64,000 nucleotides of DNA. Source: an uncultured Gemmatimonadaceae bacterium (GTDB lineage: Bacteria > Gemmatimonadota > Gemmatimonadetes > Gemmatimonadales > Gemmatimonadaceae). The notes under the pieces are model-generated. The model worked only from the letters and a program-made list of their open reading frames with translations, was not told where the DNA came from and made no database searches. Location of the stretch: the NCBI GenBank assembly GCA_963817955.1, contig CAWFQK010000002.1, positions 224,001 to 288,000 of the forward strand. The letters run 5' to 3'. Of this stretch, positions 58,583 to 64,000 are shown in pieces; positions within the stretch are counted from its first letter, which is position 1, and each line of letters starts with the position of its first letter. A program made the position numbers and the translations under genes.

Positions 58583-59008
58583 TTGCGTCTTCATCCGGTA
58601 GCGCGGCGCCTCCTTCTGCTCTGCAGCACCGCGCTCCTCATCATGCTGGCCTGGGGAGCATTTTCGGGCGCGCTGGGCCAATTCCCGCGCTCCCACACGG
58701 TCGGCCAGCGAGTTGAGACTACGGTGCAACTCGTCTGCGGATTTCTGAGCTTGGCTACCGTGGTCACGTGCTTCTGGTGGCGCCAATGGGATGGTCCGGT
58801 TCGTTGGGCCTGGGCCATCTCGCTCGCGACAGCGGTCGCCCTCTCCTCGCTTGTCTGGGGACCCCCGATGCCGCTTACCGGTCTACTCTTCGCTGTGGGA
58901 ACGCTGCTCGCGGCACTAGCCATCATCTGGGCGTTGCGCACAACGCTCGCACCTATGCCCGTGCGCCATTCGATCGCTCCAGAGCCATTGAACGGGCGGC
59001 CTGGCTAG
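58583..59008 (+). CDS. Hypothetical membrane protein
   Basis: 4 hydrophobic segments; TTG start after AAGGA (start uncertain). Confidence 0.55.
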   Translation: MRLHPVARRLLLLCSTALLIMLAWGAFSGALGQFPRSHTVGQRVETTVQLVCGFLSLATVVTCFWWRQWDGPVRWAWAISLATAVALSSLVWGPPMPLTGLLFAVGTLLAALAIIWALRTTLAPMPVRHSIAPEPLNGRPG

Positions 59009-59031
59009 AGATGGACTGGTGAGATGATCAC

Positions 59032-61473
59032 ATGAATGCCATCGCGCATGATATCCGCCTGGCGCTCCGCGGTTTCCGCCGCACGCCGAGCTTTGTCGTC
59101 ACGGCCGTGGTCATCCTCGCGCTTGGCATTGGCCTGTCGGTGGCATTGTTCACCGTGTTTCAAACGGTGCTCGTGCGGCAATTGCCCGTGCGTGATCAGG
59201 ATCGTGTCGTCGTCATGTGGACGTACGCCGGAGACCCAACCGCGGATGTCACGGAGGGCACAAAGGATCTGGCTATCGTGCAGCGGGAATCTCGCACGAT
59301 GCGCGCAATTGCCGCCGTCGCGCACTGGCCGGCTACGGCCTCCCCATTCGCGTACGGGCAGCAATCGGTGGAGCTCAACCGCGGAATGGTGACGGGCAAC
59401 TTCTTCGATGTCCTCGGAGTGCGGCCCGCGCTTGGGCGACTCTTCCGTCCGACCGACGACGAACCCGCCGGCGCTTCGCCCGCCGATTCGCGCATTGCCC
59501 GCGGTCTTGTCCTCAGCTATCGCGCCTGGCGCGAGAAGTTCGGAGGCGACCCGGCCATTGTCGGCCAGCACCTCGTCGAGCCGCTACTCCACACCGATTA
59601 CACCATCATCGGCGTCGCGCCGCCGGGCTTTGACTACCCGGTCGGCGCCGACTACTGGATTCCGATGTGGCAGGGTTGGCAGTCTACCGTATCCGCCTTC
59701 GCGGTCGCGCGCCTCGCGCCGGGGGCTACTGTCACCGCCGCACGGAACGAATATCTCGCGATAGAACAACGGCTCGAGCCAACGCTCGCCTTGCGTGGCG
59801 CACACGCCGCGACGTTCGCGGAAACCGTGCTCGGAAACGTGCGTCCCGTGCTCACGCTCTTGACGGTGGCCGTGGGACTGCTGCTGCTCATCGCCTGCTT
59901 GAACGTTGGCAACTTGCTCCTTCTCCGCGCCTCATCGCGCGCGCGAGAGATTGCCGTGCGCCGCGCCCTCGGCGCGCGCACCGCAGACATTGTGCGGCAA
60001 CTCTTCGTCGAGTCGCTGATGATTGCGGCAATGGGTGGCGCGCTCGGACTCGGCGTGGCAATCGCCGTGCTCCGCTTGCTCGTCGTAGCCGCGCCCGCTG
60101 GACTCCCGCGCCTCGACGATGTCCAACTCGCCGGGGCGCCAGTGGGCATCGCCGCCGCCGTCGCGTCTCTCGCCGTGCTGCTCTTCGGCGTTGGACCCGC
60201 TGTCTTTGCCGCACGCGCGAACCTCGCCTCGCCTCTCCGGCTCGATTCGCGCGCCGGCACCGAGACGACGCGGCGGCGTCTCGTCCGACAATCCCTCGTC
60301 GCCTCGCAGATCGCGATCGCCATGGTCATGCTCGGCGGCGCAACGCTTCTCGCGAAAAGCCTCGCGCGGCTCGAGACGCAGGACACAGGGTTCGTGAGCA
60401 ACCATCTGTCCGTCTTCTTTTATTCATGGAACGCGAAACGGTATGACTCCGCTTCAGCGATGGTCGGGCTTGGGAGTCGCGTCCTGCACCGCGTCCGCGC
60501 GATCCCGGGAGTCACCGCTGCGACGCCGCTGGTTGCGCCGCCCATGCTGGGTAATGGCGTGTGGCAAGTACGGTTCGAGGTGGAAGGCGAATTGGCGCAC
60601 GGCGCCGCGTCGAAGCCCATAATCCCGACAGAGATGTGCGGGCCGGAGTTCTTCAAGACCTTTGGCGTGCCGCTCCTTCGCGGGCGCGCGTTCGCCGAAC
60701 GGGACGACGGCTCGGCACCACTCGTGGCTATCGTGAGCGAATCAGTTGCGCGGCGACTGTGGCCGAACCAGGACCCGATCGGGAAGCGCATTCGAGTGCC
60801 CGGTGCGTCGCAGGCGAGTGTCGTTGGCGGCGACGGATGGCGGACCATCGTCGGAGTCGCGCACGAGACCCATCTTCGCACGCTGCGGGATGCCTCGCCC
60901 ATGGTATTTCTCCCGTCGCTACAGGGCTATTGGCAGGGCTCGATCGCCATACGGAGCACCGTGCCGCTGCCAGCCTTGCTCCCGGCCTTGCGCGCTGCCG
61001 GGCGCGAAGTCGATCCCGACCTGGCGCTCTGGAGCCCACGAACCATGGATCAGATCCTGGCGGAACCGCTCGCGCGGCCGCGGCTCGGCGCACTGTTGAT
61101 GTCCGTCCTCGGTGGCGCTGCCCTGTTCCTCGCGGCAATTGGACTCTTCGGCGTGATGGCGGCACTCGTCCGCGACCGGACGCGCGAATTCGGAATCCGC
61201 ATCGCGCTTGGTGCGACGCCGGAACGTGTGCGAGCCGACGTACTGAGACGCGCCGGTGTCATCACCGGAGTCGGTGCAGCGGTCGGCCTCGGCCTGGCGC
61301 TCCTCACGTCACGCCTGTTGACCGCGTTGCTCTTCCAGGTGAGTCCGGCCGACCCGCTGTCACTCGGCGCCGCGTGCGTGATCCTCCTCGGCGTCGCCGC
61401 AACAGCGGCGTATCTGCCGGCACGGCGGGCGACCGCGATCGATCCTATGCAGGCGTTGCGCGCGGACTGCTGA
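59032..61473 (+). CDS. ADOP-type duplicated ABC permease
   Basis: LALGIG, LIACLNVGNLLLLR, RTREFGIRIALGA, PARRATAIDP. Confidence 0.9.
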   Translation: MNAIAHDIRLALRGFRRTPSFVVTAVVILALGIGLSVALFTVFQTVLVRQLPVRDQDRVVVMWTYAGDPTADVTEGTKDLAIVQRESRTMRAIAAVAHWPATASPFAYGQQSVELNRGMVTGNFFDVLGVRPALGRLFRPTDDEPAGASPADSRIARGLVLSYRAWREKFGGDPAIVGQHLVEPLLHTDYTIIGVAPPGFDYPVGADYWIPMWQGWQSTVSAFAVARLAPGATVTAARNEYLAIEQRLEPTLALRGAHAATFAETVLGNVRPVLTLLTVAVGLLLLIACLNVGNLLLLRASSRAREIAVRRALGARTADIVRQLFVESLMIAAMGGALGLGVAIAVLRLLVVAAPAGLPRLDDVQLAGAPVGIAAAVASLAVLLFGVGPAVFAARANLASPLRLDSRAGTETTRRRLVRQSLVASQIAIAMVMLGGATLLAKSLARLETQDTGFVSNHLSVFFYSWNAKRYDSASAMVGLGSRVLHRVRAIPGVTAATPLVAPPMLGNGVWQVRFEVEGELAHGAASKPIIPTEMCGPEFFKTFGVPLLRGRAFAERDDGSAPLVAIVSESVARRLWPNQDPIGKRIRVPGASQASVVGGDGWRTIVGVAHETHLRTLRDASPMVFLPSLQGYWQGSIAIRSTVPLPALLPALRAAGREVDPDLALWSPRTMDQILAEPLARPRLGALLMSVLGGAALFLAAIGLFGVMAALVRDRTREFGIRIALGATPERVRADVLRRAGVITGVGAAVGLGLALLTSRLLTALLFQVSPADPLSLGAACVILLGVAATAAYLPARRATAIDPMQALRADC

Positions 61474-61538
61474 CCGAGAGCGCCCGGTCCACCTGTTCAA
61501 GGAACCATCGGCAGCTCTACCGCACGCGTCACGACCGT

Positions 61539-63020
61539 TCATCGCCGCCATGCGGACTTGGTCCAGATCAAGATCACGCCGCACCCGTTTCGTAAGTTGA
61601 CGTATCTCTGTGGGGCCTCGCTCGACCGCTTATAGACCTCGACTGCTGACACCTGGCTTGCCAGCAGAGATCTCACGTCATCTTGAAACGGCGTGTAGAC
61701 GCCGTCCACGTATACGTTGGCCTCACAGAATCCATGATCGGCGAACGAGATGTTCAACGGAACCAGAATGACCAGGGAACCAGGCGGGTGCAGATGATCA
61801 CGAGTCGTGTCTGGCACATCCGCCGGAACGTGGCTGACCATGAGGCTCGGTATAGCCTGCAGAACGAATTCCAATGGCTGCCCCGGAACAGCAGCCATCT
61901 CATCAGGCCCGAGGAGGATTCCAAACCCCATTTTCTTGCGATCGGCGAATTCCGATCGCAGCGTAAATGGCGGCGCTGCGGCGGCGTTCACTTCCATTTT
62001 CGCAAGGACCGTCACTTGCGCAAGCTGTATCGCGATCCGCGTAATGCTGTCAGGTCGCAACACCACAATCTCGCGAACCGCGGCGTAGCCAACTCGTTTG
62101 ATCAGGACGGCCTGTGATCCTACGAGTTCGCGTGAGGTGAGCGTGAACGCACCGGCGCGATCGGTTGTTGCCTGCTCACCGTTATCGAGGGCGACTATCG
62201 CCCCCGAGAGCGGGTTGCCAAGCGTATCTGACACCGTTCCAACCAAGTGACTTGGCGTCGTTGGTCGCACGGCGGCAGCAGCACCGATTCCGGATGGCGC
62301 ACGCTCATTTACGTAGAGGTCGAGCGCCACGAACCGACGCGGTGATACGGGAACAGGCACCGCGCCGCTGCGCGCCTCGCCGACCGACGCAAATGCGGTT
62401 GCATCCGCCTGCGGCGCCGTACACATGAAGTACCTGCCGTCGGAATCCGTACGGCCCACCACTTCCTCAATGTGAGCATTCACGGGGTGCGACGCTGCTC
62501 CGGCCGCATCCAACCACGACAGGTGCACTTCAGCATTTCCCAGGGGAGCAGAGGACGCGACACTCCTCACAATGCCGGTGATCAAATCCGCGCTATCCGC
62601 GCAGAGCCCGTGTTTGAGCGTCGACAGCGATGGCGTGCCAAATCGCACCACGGTCACGTCATCGGCATGGACCCGGAGCACTTCAGCGAAACCACCCAAG
62701 CCGAGCGAATCGAGCGCCACGTCCCTGACCTGCAGCTCATACGTGCCGGGCCGAAGCGAATCGATCTCGAACCGTCCAGCATCGTCGGTAAGCTGCCGCC
62801 CGGCAACAGTGGAAATTCTGACGACGGCACCGCGCAGCCCGCGCCCAGTCAGGCTGTCGTACACGCTTCCCTGCACGCATCCGAAGCCAGTCGTTGCAAC
62901 GCATGGCTGGACCCTGGTGTTCGCCTCCTTGGCTTGCCCCTGACTACGACCCGCAACTGCGCTGCTCGCTAGAACTGCAATGGCAGCGCATCGGGCGATC
63001 TTCTGGGCGCACGGCTGCAT
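61539..63020 (-). CDS. Secreted protein with carboxypeptidase-regulatory-like repeats and a TonB plug-like C-terminus
   Basis: GSVYDS..TDDAGRF, TDSDGRY, TDRAGAF repeats; YVDG...AVEVYK...GCGVILIWTK. Confidence 0.7.
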   Translation of the reverse strand: MQPCAQKIARCAAIAVLASSAVAGRSQGQAKEANTRVQPCVATTGFGCVQGSVYDSLTGRGLRGAVVRISTVAGRQLTDDAGRFEIDSLRPGTYELQVRDVALDSLGLGGFAEVLRVHADDVTVVRFGTPSLSTLKHGLCADSADLITGIVRSVASSAPLGNAEVHLSWLDAAGAASHPVNAHIEEVVGRTDSDGRYFMCTAPQADATAFASVGEARSGAVPVPVSPRRFVALDLYVNERAPSGIGAAAAVRPTTPSHLVGTVSDTLGNPLSGAIVALDNGEQATTDRAGAFTLTSRELVGSQAVLIKRVGYAAVREIVVLRPDSITRIAIQLAQVTVLAKMEVNAAAAPPFTLRSEFADRKKMGFGILLGPDEMAAVPGQPLEFVLQAIPSLMVSHVPADVPDTTRDHLHPPGSLVILVPLNISFADHGFCEANVYVDGVYTPFQDDVRSLLASQVSAVEVYKRSSEAPQRYVNLRNGCGVILIWTKSAWRR

Positions 63021-63099
63021 GGGCCACTCTCATTTTCGATGACGTACATCACAAGAAGCAGCGCGTCGTGCCACTTCAGCGGGTGCTGGGCGGCGTGGG

Positions 63100-64000
63100 C
63101 TACGCCTCCCGGAACATCACCGACGGAGACGTCCGTACTGCACGTCGCGCGGGCAATATACAGGCGGTTACCGCTGTCACGGCTATCACCAGCGCGACGC
63201 CGACATACGTCGTCGGGTCCACCGGCGTGACGCCGTACAAGAAACCGCGAATAGCGCGCGCCACCAGGAGCGCGAGTCCCACACCGATCGCCATGCCGGC
63301 GCCGACGGGCGCCATACCCTGCCGCACGACGAGCAGGACCACGTCGCGCCGCTCTCCGCCCAGCGCGATCCGCAACCCGATCTCGGCACGACGCAATTGC
63401 GTGCCGTACGCCATCACGCCGTAGATCCCCAATGCCGCCAACACCAGCGTCAACGATCCGAGGATGCCGAGGAGGATACCAGCCATGCGCGCCGGAAACA
63501 CCGCCGCCCGCAGATGGTCGTCGGCCGTGCGAACCTGATACACCGGAATGTTTGGGTCAACGCGCGTCACGGCGGCGCGAAGCAGCGGGAGTCCGCGCCG
63601 CGCGTTGCCCCGGGCAGCGATGGCGATGGTCATCTCACCGGCGTACGCGCCGGCGTGCGGCAAGTAGATGAACGGCTGCGGGGCCTCCGTCAGGCTACGA
63701 TACTTGCCGTCGCGCGCGACGCCGACGACCTCGAGCCACTTGGTCTCATCGCCGCGCACGGCGATTCGATTTCCCACGGCACCGCGCGGAAAGAAGTTGC
63801 GCGCGAGCGTTTCGTTCACGATGACTTCGTTCGCGCCGCCGCTCGACGAAAAGTCGCGGCCGGCGCGCAGCGGAATGCCCATCGTCGTGAAGTAATGTGC
63901 GCCCACGATCGAGTAATCGGCCGCGCCGTGCCGCACCGGAGCAGATCCGCCCGCGGCGGCAAAGACCGTTGCCTGGTTCCCAAAGTCGAGCGGAACACGC
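63100..64000 (-). CDS. ADOP-type ABC permease (3' part; start beyond window)
   Basis: Frame open to the edge; EIGLRIALG, PARRA. Confidence 0.85.
   Translation of the reverse strand, partial: RVPLDFGNQATVFAAAGGSAPVRHGAADYSIVGAHYFTTMGIPLRAGRDFSSSGGANEVIVNETLARNFFPRGAVGNRIAVRGDETKWLEVVGVARDGKYRSLTEAPQPFIYLPHAGAYAGEMTIAIAARGNARRGLPLLRAAVTRVDPNIPVYQVRTADDHLRAAVFPARMAGILLGILGSLTLVLAALGIYGVMAYGTQLRRAEIGLRIALGGERRDVVLLVVRQGMAPVGAGMAIGVGLALLVARAIRGFLYGVTPVDPTTYVGVALVIAVTAVTACILPARRAVRTSPSVMFREA

Overview
High-GC bacterial chromosomal window. Gene content (ADOP-type orphan permeases with PadR, carboxypeptidase-like/plug-only proteins, S51 fusion) suggests Gemmatimonadota or a similar lineage; this is an inference. 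1-26 kb is mostly housekeeping and stress genes: PP2C/FHA, ABC exporter, glsB x2, uvrA, tRNA-Asn, purEK, sodC, uppS, holB, moaC, two lytic transglycosylases and rpiB. 26-35 kb is a co-oriented TolC-MFP-RND-PII-like-DUF2892-DUF302-cytochrome c peroxidase-OsmC-ArsR cluster with a repeated upstream motif. 40-64 kb is an accessory region with five orphan MacB/FtsX (ADOP) permeases. Interleaved with them are an intact MqsR-MqsA(ChAD)-SecB-like toxin-antitoxin-chaperone triad beside tRNA-Lys, which abuts a 5'-truncated padR, and HipBA followed by an uncharacterised small-protein/nucleotidyltransferase pair. Several genes there are decayed: an orphan HTH antitoxin, an internally deleted Gp49-like toxin, an internally deleted ester cyclase and a permease frameshifted by a 14-bp duplication. 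No CRISPR array, integrase or transposase was seen. All family calls come from motif recognition by eye, not database searches.
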